From Takakia lepidozioides (lineage: Eukaryota > Plantae > Bryophyta): DNA of 64,000 nucleotides. Location: assembly GCA_030704615.1 (NCBI GenBank), contig CM060731.1, positions 56,544,001-56,608,000 on the forward strand. The letters are read 5' to 3'. Both the position numbers and the translations under genes were made by a program. Below the pieces are notes generated by a model. The model ran no database searches and was not told the DNA's origin. It saw nothing but the letters and a program-made list of their open reading frames with translations. This document shows positions 13,848 through 27,468 of this stretch, in pieces (positions within the stretch are counted from its first letter, which is position 1; every line of letters begins with the position of its first letter).

Positions 13848-14124
13848 TGGGGCAAAGGGAATCCACCATATGGATATTTACAATTGCATTTTTATGCATT
13901 AGACTTTGTTTTGCAGTGTAATGAAATGCACCCCAAAACTCCAGGAATGAGACAGACAATATTAAAGTAATATCTTTCAAACATATTATGGACTTCTGGA
14001 TATCCGTTGACGTCCAATGGCAATTCAATGTCGAAACATAATTCATAATAAAATTGTGGCAGGAAAAATTTGCAGATCTTCCACAAAATTGAGTTTGAAC
14101 AGTAGCAGTGGTGGGGCCCAATTC

Positions 14125-14385
14125 TGGAGAAATGGTGCCAAATTTCTCTATTTTGGGCCGAATACGGGCCTAGTCCCAATATGTTCAGGAACGATGTCTG
14201 GAAAAATGGTGCCGAATTTCCAGTTACATGGCCCAAAACTGCCCAACATCTGTGCAATCCCCGACACCATCTACCGAAATTCGGCGCCACATTTCCAAAT
14301 TTTGGGGTACCACACTTGGCATGTTGGGACCTATAGCCGCGAAATTCCGCTCCATTTTTGCAGCTGTCGCTCGGAATTTCCATGA
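14125..14385. repeat. Subterminal-type repeats (AAATGGYGCCGAATTTCC in both orientations), left side of CACTA-like remnant
   Basis: Several direct and inverted copies; the same motif recurs at 18990-19425. Confidence 0.65.
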
Positions 14386-14594
14386 GCGGAAGAGGAAATA
14401 TCATGAGCACGGCTCCCAAAACTACAATTTCAGCTTCAAACAATGAATATTATATTATTTTTGTTCTGACACATTCCATTAAAATAATTTTTTTATGTTT
14501 TTTATTCCCAAAATTTGTACTTCTGCTCATGAAAACCGATTGTCTTACTACTCCGCTCATGCCACTCATGCCACTCATGCTCATAAAATAGCTA

Positions 14595-15456
14595 ACCTCA
14601 CACTTGGTAGTGCACTTAGTGGAAGAGGCTTCGATGGTCGGCCCCGTTCATTCTCGGTGGATATACTTCCTTGAGCGTTACATGAAGACTTTGGCATTTG
14701 TAAGACAAATGGCGCACCCGGAGGGTAGCATGGCGGAGGGGTATACATTGCAAGAAGCTATATTCTATTGCATGGAGTACATGGCAAGGGTGGATGAGAA
14801 AGCCCCTCGGATGTGGAAGGAAGAGGAGGATGTACGAACCAATGACATCGTTTTGCCCAAAAAATTGAAGATGGTAAAATTGCCGACCTTGATTATTGAG
14901 CAAGCACATGACTTTATAGTGAATAACATCCCATCCATACATGAGTGAGAGACAAGATACAATAACCTTGTTCAACAACGAGAGGAGGAGATGCTTGCAT
15001 GGAGGCGGAACCATCCAAGGCCAGTTACTAGATGCCGTCGACGAGGAGCGGGCCGCCTCCATGTTCATTCACAAGATTTGTCAATGGAATTGCAGCCTCT
15101 AAGTTCATTCCAACAGTGGCTCAAGACTTCAGTTTATGACGTCGTTTCTCAATGTGAGGTGGTTTCAGATATGGTGCAAGACCTTGCAAGGGCCCCTCTT
15201 AATTCGCTACCTCATACACGGCGGTTTGGGATCACGGTCGTCATTTCCGCATTCGTGCTCTTGACATGAAGCGCAAAACAACGTTTGATTCTGGCTTGTG
15301 TGCCACATATTGGCAAGACTCCGTGTGGGATAAGGGAGATACACGACCTGCTATAAGCAAACTTGAGTACATTGGAGAGCTTGAGAGCATATTCCAACTT
15401 CAGTATACAAGGTACCGGCCTCTTTTCTTCAAGGGAAGGTGGTTCCAGCCACATCT
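14595..15456 (+). mobile_element. CACTA/En-Spm transposase remnant (DUF4218 then DUF4216-like)
   Basis: VHLVEEASMVGPVHSRWIYFLERYMKTL...HPEGSMAEGY (DUF4218); downstream KTTFDSGL...EYIGELESIFQLQY...FKGRWF; stops and frameshifts. Confidence 0.85.
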
Positions 15457-18412
15457 TGTATATTTATGTTCTTTCCTGTTTGTTTTTCAGCATATGCTTT
15501 ACAGATCTTGAACTTATCAAACACTTCATTCTTATGTTTTAGAAAGTACATTACTGTGAAGCGTGATTTGTCGTCTATAAATGTAGCGAAATACCTTGCT
15601 TCTCCCATTGCTTGAGTTTGCATGGGACCGCATATGTCTGAATGAATAATTTCGAGCACATCAGTTGCACAAGTATGTCTACCTTGTGGAAATGCTTGGC
15701 GATGCTGTTTCCCTGCCATACAACTCTGGCATACAGATAATTCTCTTAGTTATCCACTTAAACCAATAACCATTTCTTTACTTTGCATGTCTTTTATGGT
15801 TTTCAAATTTAAGTGACCCAATCTCTGATGCCATAGTAGAGCTTGATCTTCCTCTTTTGTTAGTACAGAGAGACCACACTCTGATGCAGGAACACCAACA
15901 CCAACTGGGTATAGTGCACTCTGCAATGAACAAATGATGGCAGTCGGATTTCCTGCCCTTCGTATGGTACACTTATCTAGTACAAACTCGAAGCTTGTTC
16001 CAGCTTGAGTCGATTTACCAACGGACAACAAATTCTTTTTCAGCCCTAGTACATGAAGCACATCTTGTACTTGGGTTCTCAATCCTGATGTAGTACTGAT
16101 TGTTACTGTGCCCTGTCCTACAGCTTGTTGAGGGGTGAAAACATGCTAATGTGTACCACTGACACTCTTGAAAATGACTAAATTTTGACTGCTGGCGTAT
16201 TACACCGCGGCCCATGGACATGACATGTTGATGGATTTGAAGTAACAAAATCATTTGTCATTTGACTCATATGGACTAATATATGTAAAACAAATAGGTA
16301 TTTTTTGAAAAGTCCAAAGCTCATCTTGTTTTTTGGATTTTGGGTGTCATTTTTTTTTCTAAAAGTATAAAAACCTATAATCTTCAATGTCTGAAAGTTT
16401 TTTGTAAACTCTAATTTTTAGTTTTTCATATTTTTTCTAAATAATAGACTAAAATATTTAATAAATTATATCTTTAATATTTGGGGTAGGACTCTTTATT
16501 AAATATGTTCACTATACCATTATTTATCACTAAAAAAACAATTTGGGATAGTATCCTCAACTTTTATTTTTTGGTCATGGACTTTCATGGAGCAGGATCT
16601 GCCGTTTTTGGTCCACTCAACCCTGCAACTGCCCGATTGTGGGCACCTCGACCCCATCCATCGGATGCTCGTACATTGTCTTGTACACCTCCAATTTTGC
16701 TCGTACACCGCTAATTTTGAGTTTACGATACTAACTCGACTTCTGTTTGTCACCATTTGTTTTTCTCTCATCGCATCCAAGCCGGGTTTGGTGTGTTTGA
16801 TGCCTATTTCAGTGTTGTAGATGCTCGTATAATTTTTAGGAGTTTATTTGATATATTTTTAATTTTAAAACAATTTATAATGAATGATACACTATTTGTA
16901 AGAACTCATTTTGGCCTCAAATTCAAAATTGGAGGACCTTGTAGCCATTTCAAGGACATGGCATTCTTCCTTCTCAGTAGCTAACACTTTTGGTGAAGGA
17001 ACTATGTTCAAATTTTGAGGTTTAATAGTACCAAAGTTTGGTGCCCCTAAATTATGCATACCGCGTAATAGAAAATTCCTATGATAATGGGTTTTTCTGG
17101 TTCTGCAGGTCTACTGTCCTTTTTGCATTCTTTCATACCTTACATAAGCACATGAAAATCCCTGATAGGACCTTCACATGTTATGGGTGTGAAAATGAGT
17201 CCTAAAGGACTACAACATTTTGGGACATTTGAACTTTGTGCTATTCAAGACTCCTTTAACCCCTTAAACTTGTCAAATCACAAAAAAAATTATATGGGCA
17301 TGACAAGAACTTCCAATGATGTAATGTGTCTGTGGTTTCATATTGAACTCGATATCCTAAATTTGGATCGATTGCACCATATGTGCTGGAAAACAGTTTG
17401 TGACATCCTTTTTGGGTCATATTAGTGTGCTTTGACCCTGAGTGCTATCATCTCCCAGATATATTGGTATAGGAGAATAAAAAAGTTGATAGGAACTAAA
17501 CCACTCCATGTGAGGAGATATATGCTGGGACGCACCAGAGTCCACATACCATGTATATTTGGAAATGGTGCCAACAGACAAACAAGCAGAAAATAACTGA
17601 ATACCAATTGAATCACTAGAATTTGCCGTATGAAACAAGGTCATTTCTTTCTTTTGGAGGCATTTAATCGAACATCATAGGAGCTTCCACTTCCCTCATG
17701 ATTTCTCTCTTGTTGGATTTTTGACCGAATCCATTTTGACTCTGATAATTGCCTTTGTTCCACCTTTTGTCTTTATTGCCTAGATGGCTTGTGTAAAATG
17801 CTGAAGATGACGCGTTCCCTTTTCTCGAGGAACTATTATTCATGGCTTCTTCCTGTTGTAGTCTTCCACATAACGTTGGATAAGACAGTTCAGGGTTGTT
17901 GCCCACGGTTGTTACAAACGACCGCCATGAAGGAGGTAAACTCGATAGGAGTTGTATTACAGCCTCATTATCTGAGATCTCCAAACCGGCTGCAACCATG
18001 TGGTTTAACATGCCTTGGAATGATTCCAAGAATGCTGTAACAGGTTCTCCTTCCTTCATTTCCATTCCCATGAATTTTTTCTTAAGCATCAACTGCGTGG
18101 CTCTATCACTATGTTCATAGAGCCTCGTGAAGTATTCCCAAACTTCATTGGCCGTATCAAGATTTCTGACCATCGCTAACTGACTGTCTCCGCAGTTCAG
18201 AAAGATATCACACTTGGCTCTAGCGACGCTTAAGTTGCCAGGCCTTCTGCTCGTCAGGATCATCTGACCCTGGGTCTTGATCAACCCCTTTTACTACATT
18301 TAGTAAATCATTCTTAGCGACATAATTCAATTTTCATTTTCCAAATTGTGAAATTTGTGCCATTTAGTTTTTCAATCATTATGGAACGATGCTCAGAAGG
18401 TACCGATGCCAT
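15457..18412 (-). mobile_element. Ty1/Copia internal fragment (gag, protease, GAG-pre-integrase, partial integrase), no LTRs seen
   Basis: EKLNGTNFTIWKMK and QLLSSLPPSW (UBN2-type gag), WYVDSGASQH (protease), LWHQRLGHLN, LEIIHSDICGPM...FIDDKSR; truncated after AEKQTGKNINI. Confidence 0.9.
16132..17438. mobile_element. PIF/Harbinger-like non-autonomous element inserted in the Copia protease region
   Basis: Imperfect ~26-bp TIRs GGGGTGAAAACATGCTAATGTGTACC / GGGTCATATTAGTGTGCTTTGACCC; 3-bp TSD TGA on both sides; removal restores the Copia frame YLGDDST-QQAVGQG. Confidence 0.8.
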
Positions 18413-18989
18413 GGTAGACTCTTGATTGTTAGATCAGATTAGTACCACGGACCAACAGTGCCTGTGGTGTTTTGTGCTTACTAATATGCACGGTGGTTGG
18501 ACAGACCCGGTGGCTCCAAATCTGGAATGGGTCCCAGAGTACAAGGGACATGTGGAGCTTCCCCAAACCCGACAAACTGTCTGACCCCACATTCAACATG
18601 TGGATGAACCGCATGACATGGTGGTTTCAGGTACTTTCCCACGCTTCATTTGACGCTTCTACTCTTGTATCTGGTGGATTTCTTGTATTTATTGAGGAAT
18701 GCAGTCTGATGGAGAATCTTCACAGGTGACGACGAATGTGCAAGAGCAACTTGACACCCAAGCACATCAGTTCAAGCTGGAGATTTATGGAGAAGCAGAG
18801 AGCCTACGCGACTGTGTGACGAGGTACTTTAGCGGCAATGCGCCTTCTGTACAGGTAAATATGCGGTGCTCCTCTTCAATCTGTGGCCATTGTAGTCCCT
18901 AGAGTTCGTGGATGTAAAACGGCTTGTGTGGGGCATGACAATTGGTTGTGAAGAAATGGCAAAGTCCCTGGGGTGACTGCCCCCGAGAC

Positions 18990-19425
18990 ACGGAAAATGG
19001 CGCCGAATTTCCAGGCTGGGTCCGAAAGTGGCTAAGTCCCAGAAAGGGCTGGGCCCCAACCTGGGAAAATGGCACCGAATTTCCAATATCGGTGCCAGCT
19101 ACCCCCGGGACTTGGCCATTTTCGGGGCCTGGAACTGGAAATTCGGCGCCATTTTTCCAGGCTGGGAAGTGGCTAAGTCCTAGAAAGGGCTGGGCCCCAA
19201 CCTGGAAAATGGCTCCGAATTTCCAGTATCGGTGCCAGCCACCCCCCGGGACTTGGCCATTTTCGGGGCCCGGAACTAGAAATTCGGCGCCATTTTTCCA
19301 AGCTGGGTCCGAAAGTGGCTAAGTCCTAGAAAGGGCTAGGCCCCAATCTGGAAAAATGGCGCCGAATTTCCAGTATCGGTGCCAGCCACCCCCCAAGACC
19401 TAGCCATTTTTGGGGCCCGGAATTT
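18990..19425. repeat. Tandem repeat, ~3 x 140-150 bp, each unit with an internal inverted pair (CACTA subterminal-like)
   Basis: Unit AAGTGGCTAAGTCCYAGAAAGGGCT...GGAAAATGGCRCCGAATTTCC...GAAATTCGGCGCCATTTTTCC repeated three times. Confidence 0.85.
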
Positions 19426-19769
19426 GGAGTGGATACAGAGTTGGCCTCCTTCAAAGTCTGCTGCATATGAATTTCTATGCAGACTCAAAATTACTCATAT
19501 GCCATGTCAGGTGGAGTTATGACATATTTAACCTGTTACTGGGCCTCCTTGATGCTTTTCATCCATTTTCCAAAATTGTTTTTGACAAAATTGTATTGTA
19601 AATGGAAAACATCCACCAAAAAAGAAAACACACAACAAGAATAAATGGGTTGAGTCTGGTCAGTTTAACCCAGACGTGACAGAGACTCAACACTGGCACT
19701 CCCTCACCCTCAACCACAATATGGTGGAAATAGAATGGTGAACAGGGGGCCTCGGCAGCCAGTCAGCAG

Positions 19770-21005
19770 ATGAATAGAGAGATTGCAGCCACTAGGAAAA
19801 GGAGGGTAAGGGCCCTCATCAAATGCCTCTCAGTCTATCAAAGAAAAATGGAATCTCCCCGCTGTGATCAAGAAACTTACAATACCTACCTGGAAGCAAA
19901 ACAAAACTTGAAATTCTTCCAAGACCTGCAGGAGCAGAAGATCAGTTGTTCCTCCACTACATTCATGTGTATTGGTTCCAAAATCGCTATGTGGTGTACT
20001 GCTGCTTGCAACATTCCACATGCAAGCCAAGATACTAATGCAAGCATCGAGGCATACCACGGAAACTTAAAGGCGAGACTTAATATGGGCAAAGGCAAAA
20101 TGACGGGTCGAAGAGCCGACTGGCTCATATGGGAGTTGACTGGGCGTGTACTTATCGACTACTGGTATGGCATTCATCTGAAGACGCATGGATTTATTCG
20201 CAACGATAAACAAGAACAACACATTTCCAGTGCAATATGTGCAGCCCGTGACATACCTCTTTCACACGTGACTTTGCCTGCAACGCTTGGGCAGCCTGCT
20301 TACGTGATCAGCTCCTCTGATCCGAATACAACATACACCGTGTTCAATCCAGAGTCGCAGTGGGCCTGTTGCACTTGCCCATGGGCGCTGAAAGACAATC
20401 TGTGCAAGTACCAGGTTTGGGTCATAAAATTGCTAAAACCAGACGTACAAGATGGTCTCATTGTCCGGACATGTGGTACCCACCTCGGTACTGTTCACGG
20501 CGGGTTGGAGAATTTGGACGAACACGACGGCATGGCAGCATGTGACCTCAAAAGCACTAACGACAATGTGCGCGCAAGCGCAACCCCGAACACGGCGGAG
20601 TCATTGCTCACGCCAGACCTGTTGGAAGCTATTTTGAAACGAGAGATAACCGACCTACTCGACCTTGTACACAACGACGCATACCTTATACACCATTGCT
20701 TGTCTGCGATGCGTGTTTGCCAAGGGCAGATGCAGGACATCCTCGTCAAAAAAGCTTCCGACATGTTACACCCGACTGTAGCACGAGCGTTGAATCGTGG
20801 AAAAGACAACAACAACATGTCATTGAAGAGGAAAAATGGTTTTGTGGAACATTTTCAAGTTCGGCGGAAAATAAAACTAAATGGGGGGAAACGTGTGTCT
20901 GCCCTTCCCCATATTAGCCACATTTACTCGACTTTGAGGCGGGTGTCTCATCGTCCAGAACTGAGAAAAAAAGATCAATCTAACTATGGAAAGGATCTGC
21001 AGTAG
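19770..21005 (+). mobile_element. MULE-type transposase C-terminal half with SWIM finger
   Basis: From ~19965: WC...PHASQDTNASIEAYHGNLK (catalytic Glu region), GRRADWLIWEL, WACCTCPW...LCKYQ (SWIM-like). The first ~65 aa look unrelated (possible fused fragment). Confidence 0.75.
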
Positions 21006-21780
21006 ACCAAATGCGGCAGACCATGATCGCAAACCATCTGCAGTAGACCAATGATCGCAGATCACCTGCAGTAGACCAGTACTCACCTGCAGTAGACCAA
21101 TGCGGCAGACCAATGACCGCAGACCATCTGGGAGACCCATTATGTGCTTTTTAAAGGATTGATGAAGGAGACTAATGAAGTCAATAAATGAGCCAAAGTC
21201 AATCAGTAGACCAACGTAGTAGAGCAATGAAGCAAGCATAATTCAATGAAGCACTTAAAGGGGTAGACCAAGACAGTACAGTGGACTAATGATGCAATCG
21301 ACAGACCCATGGAATATTCGACAATCGATAGACCTGTGCCAAGTTTAGGCGACCACGGAATTCAGTAGACCACTGAGTCTACTAGACCACGAAAAGCAGT
21401 AGACCACTCTCTCATGGACAGACCTATGCCAAGCAGCAGACCCACATAGACCAGCAAGGAATTGACCAAGCAGTAGACCAAAATAAAAAATCGACTGATT
21501 GACCGATCGATATCAATCTGTGGTCCAAACCAAGTCCACTCCGCGGAGGGACCAGACCAATAACATTAGTTCACCAGCAGACCACGGCGAGCAGTACACC
21601 ATACATCACTAGACCAATAACATCAGTTCACCAGAAGACCACGTCGAGCACTACACCATACATAACATCGATCAGACCAGGAACGGAGTGTAAAGCAGTG
21701 GACCACGATAGCAGACTAATGAAATGTTCCACGAAAGTGTAGACCATACATAAAAATGAACAGACCTACACCACAAACCA
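20995..21780 (+). repeat. Cluster of CAGTAGACC/AGACC motifs between transposase and Ulp1-like gene
   Basis: About ten GTAGACC copies plus many CAGACC variants, essentially all on the plus strand. Confidence 0.85.
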
Positions 21781-21801
21781 GATGAGCAAATGCCATGTCT
21801 T

Positions 21802-22760
21802 TCATTTATTGCCAGGCCTAGAAGAAATAACCCGGACATTGGAAGAGTCTGACATGTCCAACATCTTCCTAGATGCCAACTGCCTCTCTACAACTACATT
21901 CTCCATAGTACTGAGTGCTTTCAAAATATACTCAACACACTTTAAGCGTTGCCTGCAAGCATAGCGGAATGTAAACCACTTTGAGGTAAACGGCTTTCCT
22001 CTCTCTCTAAGTCCTTTGCCACGATCGCCCTTCAACTAGTCGTAGAACCCCTCGATAAAGGACATGACGTAAAAGCCACATTCCCACGAAAAAGGTTGTT
22101 GTGGCACTTCAGGGACATGAAAATTGAATGCAGTGGCCTCGTCCCATGACGCCGTGTGTGGCTCCAAGCCGAGACATGCTCCATACACATTTCGAACCCA
22201 TGGCAATATCTCCACGGGTTTGTGCATCTCCTTGATTGAATTCAGATGAGTGAACACCGGCCACTTTTCTGACGTTAACCCGCGTCCACCTGTCACTGAC
22301 CCTATGGACTGTGCAACCCGCGTGGGCTGTGTTGGGCCGTGACAGGCTGTGTCAAACTGTGGTGAGCTGTGATAGTTGTTTGACTGTTTAGAACCAACAG
22401 ACTCGCCCGGTTATGAAGAATCCATTTGCAAATGGACTCTCGTGGCAACGCCGGAGTCCATCGTTTCAAGCCACAGCCTCCTTTGTTCATATGCTTTTAC
22501 TATTTTTGCTTTGTTGTTCGCCTATTCATGGGACTGTTTGAGCGCGGGGAAGACGTCCTTGTTTACATTGAGTTTACAGTGCAGACTTGAATGGAAGTAT
22601 TTAGCTCTTTGCTAACAAGTTGACTCATTTTAGCGGACAGCAATTGAGAATCAGCCTTTCCCTTATCACACTGTCTTGTTTGAGGCTTGTCCTCCATATA
22701 ACATGTCTGAGAATGGCATTACAAAAATGGCGGAAGCATATGTGCATGGCTGGCTGTATA
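21802..22760 (-). pseudogene. Ulp1/C48-like cysteine peptidase remnant (TE-borne)
   Basis: THLNSI...HVPEVPQQPFSWECGFYVMSFI resembles the C48 Asp-position and PQQxxxxxCG catalytic-Cys motifs; several stops; His motif not clearly seen. Confidence 0.6.
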
Positions 22761-23766
22761 AAATTCAGATTTCCTCCCGAGTTGCATCTCTTGGATGTTG
22801 GATCCCATCGATGCAGGACCAGATGGGCATGTGTGGCGGAATTTTTTGCGCACCGAACTAGTGGACCTTCCATATGTTACCATGATAGTGCGGGGATGGA
22901 CAGACCCAGCCGAGGGAACCATTGAAATGGTCAAACGGGTGGGGACACAATGCAGACAGAGGGCAGACCAGATGGGCAGAGCAGGAGAAGAGACGAGTGC
23001 ACCATGCCAGTCCAGACATGAAGACCAAACCAACAAACCAGCCTGGAGAACTCTGGGCAGACCCCGAAGGCAAGACCGAGGGTAGACAATCTTTGCCAGA
23101 CGAATGCGACAGACTAGTGCCACAAACCTGCACGGCAGACCCTTTTGACAGACCTGTTCGGCATACCGTACGGCAGACCCATATGGCTGACCTGACCGAC
23201 AGACCCGTTTGACAGACCCGACTGACAGACTCGACTGACAGACCCGATTGACAGACCCGATTGGCAGACCCGTCAGGCAGACTCTCGCAACAGACCAACG
23301 ACAAACCGGCATGGCGGAAGGACTTAGGGCAGACCATGGAAGACCTTGACGGCAGCCATTATTGTGCCGCCAGGACATTTGATGTTTCGGCAGCAGTCCA
23401 ATGGGCCACGGCCGCCTGTACGACGTGCATGGCCTCTTCTGCACGTGTGCATGGCCTCGACGGCCACACGCGTGCTCCTGTCACGCTTAGCAGTGAGCCG
23501 TTACGTTGGGGCCATCACCCTCTTGCGTCTTTCGCGTCTCTCCACTTTGCTCCTGCATGGTGTGTTACGCCGCTTCGACCCGACGATTCGTTTGTAGCGC
23601 CCGCCCGCTCTTGAAAGGTCACGTGCCCGTCGTTGCCGAAGTACGAAGGTATCAACTTCACCAGACTTCTGAACACCGTGAGACCTTCATTTCATTTTTT
23701 GCTTGCTCTTCTTCATTTGCATTCCGCAGACCATCCCTGACACAATTCTTTGCTTATGTTGTAGCC

Positions 23767-26375
23767 ATGGAAGAAGCTTGCCCAAAGGGTGGAGCCGATT
23801 GGGTGGAATATGTGCATGCCCCTCGCCACAAAGCAAAGAGAAGGTACTGGTATGAGCCAAGTGAGTACGATGCTAAAATAGTAGAAGCATTTTTGGACTT
23901 GCGCGTAGCGAAGGAGAAAGAGAACTGGCCAAAGGATCGGTTTCAGTGCCCCTTTTGCCCTGACATTGTCAAGGACAAAGAGACTCTAAACCGGCATGTC
24001 CTTAATGGAGGATGCAAAGGTATGGTCCCTGAGACCTTCAAGCCTTGGCCCAAGCCAAGTTCGTCTAAGGTTGCAAAAGAAATCACTGCAAAGTGTAGGG
24101 GTGCACATGTCATCGCTCGGTCTGCTAAGGAAGTGCGGCAGCGTTATTACACTGAAGCCGGCCTGCTGGGCCCCGGCCGCGTTGTGCCAATGAAGAAAAT
24201 GAAGCTCAGTGATGGAGCTAAAAAAAATGTAAACCGGAAAAGTCACAGACCTGCTAGTACTAGTACTGGCAGACCACGGGATATGAGAGTGACTAGCAAA
24301 GAATTGCAACCAGGTCGGTCCCATCAGACCAGCACCAGCAGACCACAGGCTGTTGTTCGAACTTTGTCATCCAGTGGGGATGACTCAAGTGAGGAAGACT
24401 CCCATGAAGAGGAGGATCATGTTCATGACATGTCGACGGAGCTGCCGCGACTAGTTGTGAGACCGTACTTGGTTTCCGACCCCATTGGGTACGCCCCGTC
24501 GGTACATGACATAAACCTAGACTCGGACCCACGAAGCAGACCACATATCAGACCCAACAAGCAGACCAAGAAACAGTAGACCCTGATTGACGTTCATGGA
24601 GATGTAACGGGCACCCCTGTCGGCCCTGGCACATTGTACCTTCTTCCCCATGGTCTTCTGTCAGACGAGTACCCAGATGAATCAGATCCGTTTTTCCCAT
24701 TTTTGTATGGTTACGTGAGATCAGGGCAGATACAGCAGACCATTCACACATTAGAGAAGAAGTGGGTGGATGCACGATCACACCCAAGGGATGAAGACTA
24801 CAACGGCCTCCAGGTACTTGAACCACTCTTTCTATGGTCTACCGTATTTAAGTGTTTTGATTTTCTGGTTGCAATGAGTGATATACTATGTTGGGTGTTG
24901 TATGTGTGGTCTACTGCTGTTGGTCTACTGTTCTGGGTCTGCTATTCTCTACATGGTACTGCATTACTTGTTCTGGCTGTGGTCTGCTGCATGGGTCCAT
25001 GGCCGTGCGTCTACTTTCCCCTGTTGCAAATCATGGTATACTGTTCTTTATTATTGTGGTCTGCTACAAACGGTCTACTATTTTGGGTCTGCTTTTCGCA
25101 ACATGGTATTGCATTGCTTTGAGAGGGTCCTACTATCCTGGCTGTGGTCTGCTGCATGGGTCCACGGTTGTGGTCTACTGTTATGCTCTACTGGTCTTCT
25201 GGGTGTGGTCTACTGATATGGCCTACTGGTCTATGGTCCACTGGTCTACTGTCATGGCCAATTTGGGGTGGTCTACTGGTCTATGGTCTATGGTCTACTG
25301 GTCTATTGTTATGGCCAATTTTGTTGTTTGTTTTCAGGAGGCGAATGCACAAGACAACCGAGTGTACAGGGCTTTGCAAATCTGGAAGTACAGGTCCAAC
25401 GGTCCTCCTTTGGAAAATACACTTGTCCGGAATGAGGTCCGTGATATTCGCGACTACATCCTGAGTCTGTATCCACAGTCGGCCGATGCCATTGCATCAA
25501 TTCAAGATGGTACCACTGGCCCCGCAGCAGGCCTCCCTCCGTCTGCGGCAAAGGCTTTTGAGAGCGTCGGTCAGACTAGCAGACCCAGCTCAGTGGACCT
25601 TTCTTCCGTGAACCGTCCTCCAGCGGACCTTTGTACCTCTGCAGCAGACCACATTGCGTGGCCGAATTGATTTCCCATTTGGCAGACCATGACGACCTCC
25701 ACAGTGACGAGGACCCCACTCTTCCGAAGTTTCGTTGTGGGGAAAGCAATCGGCATCTCGACTGGTACAATGAGCTTCACCGCATTGTCGCCTCCCTGTG
25801 GACCTTTGCTCTGCAGCACTCCTCAATGGAGTTCACGACGGAGGAGGCCACCCGTGTTTTGGACAAAGCCCGTGAGTATGGAGTGGCTCTTCTGGCAGAG
25901 GAGACCGAGCCACCGCTTATCGCGCAGCTCTTTCTCATGCACGACCCACGCCCACTAGAGATAAGGCACATGGCCATCGCCCACCCAATATTTGGTGTTC
26001 GTCCAAAGCACTTAGTGAGCTTGACAGAGAGTGTTTTTCAGGAGATAGCAGATTGTTTCTTCCGCCGTCAATGGATGCAATTCGGCAATTTCAGGTCTTA
26101 CATCAAATTAAAAAAAGACCTTCACAATCTGCGGATGGACCTGCTGTACGGAAGCAAAGAGGCTCGGGAAAGTATCACGCAAGACGCCATGATGTGGGTT
26201 GTGACTGTGCAAGAGCGTGCGGTGTTGGACATTGCATTTAACAAACGACATGCTTTCCAAGTGCTCTAGAGTGGGTTTCCAGCAGAGGACCGTGTTACAG
26301 CTCTGGGACAGCTTGATGAGGCCTTCATGGATTGGCTGATGAAAGATATTGGCACTAGAGGAAAAACGTGGAATA
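23767..26375 (+). pseudogene. TE-borne spliced gene encoding a C2HC/C2H2 zinc-finger protein with basic and acidic tracts, degenerate
   Basis: ATG 23767; FQCPFCPDIVKDKETLNRHVLNGGC; in-frame TAG at 24577; phase-0 intron 24814-25337 (CAG|GTAC...TTTTCAG|GAG); frameshift ~25650; TAG at 26267; cut off at ~26375. Confidence 0.6.
24814..25337 (-). repeat. Intron packed with TGGTCTACTG (reverse complement of CAGTAGACCA) motifs
   Basis: About nine GGTCTAC copies plus GGTCTGC/GGTCCA variants inside GT-AG boundaries. Confidence 0.8.
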
Positions 26376-27380
26376 ACCACTGGCCCTTTAGCCACTACTG
26401 TCTTTTTCCACTCTATAAACCACTAGTAACCACTTGCCAGTGGTTAAGCCACTGTGGCATCACAGACAGTGGTTGGAAGTGGTTTCAACCACTCAGTAGT
26501 CCACGTGTAATAATTTGTTTTTATTTATTATTATTTATTTGGTAATACATTTTAATTAATAAATATAATATTCCACGTGGACGAGTGCAGTGGTACATTG
26601 TGAGTGGTTATAGACACCTCAGTGATGGGAAGTGGTTGAAACCACTTGCTACTCCAAGTGTAATAATTCAAATTTTATTTGTGATTTATGATTTGGAAAT
26701 ATATTTTAATTCATAAATATAATATTCCACGTGGACGGGGACAGTGCACGTTGATCTTGAGTGGTTAAAGACACCTCATTGATTTGTACCACTTTGATAG
26801 TGGTGGAGAGTGGGTGGTGAAAGATACTACAGTAATTGGAACCACTATTCTAGTGGTTGCTCATGAGTGGTTACCTACACAACAGTGATTGGTACCACTT
26901 TTTGGGTGATACATGAAAAACTTTAAGTGGTTTGTGCAGCTGTGACAGACTTTGAAAAACAGACAAGTGGCCAGACCATTGTGGGATGATGCTATTGAAC
27001 AAATGGTTCCAACAATAAACTTTATTCTGAATCTGAAACATATTCGTCACCCTCTGAATCACTTTGCTCAACTGGAATAGCGGTTGGTTGCACAAATGCC
27101 GCTTGAATGGTAGCCAACATAGCCAGGTCTTCTTTATTTAGGTCCCTAATGACCTAGGTATTGGCAGATCTGATAAGGTAGACGTCGATTGGCACGCCAC
27201 TCATCACCACATGCCTCTATGTCTGTTGTGAACTGTGCCTTCTCTGTTAAAACCACTGTTTCAAACCACTGGAGGAATGAGCAGAATGACTTGTAAATGA
27301 ACATGCTCTTCCAACAAGTCACTCACTTAGACATTCCGTTACTACATCATTGGTTATAATCAGGATGAACCACTGACATT
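26370..27380. repeat. AACCACT/AGTGGTT motif cluster (likely subterminal region of the adjacent CACTA)
   Basis: More than a dozen copies in both orientations, plus a duplicated block ending TAAATATAATATTCCACGTGGACG (26560 and 26713). Confidence 0.6.
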
Positions 27381-27468
27381 TGTGACTTTGTGGGTGGTTT
27401 GATTACACTGGTGATAGTCAGAATTGAAATTGAACTTGATATGAATAAGGTGCAATGAAAAGAAATAC

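Noticed and set aside
22719-23444. 241-aa and 159-aa minus-strand ORFs
   Set aside because: Products of the GGTCT/AGACC repeat tract (including ~13-bp tandem units at ~23200-23270); low complexity with no domain.
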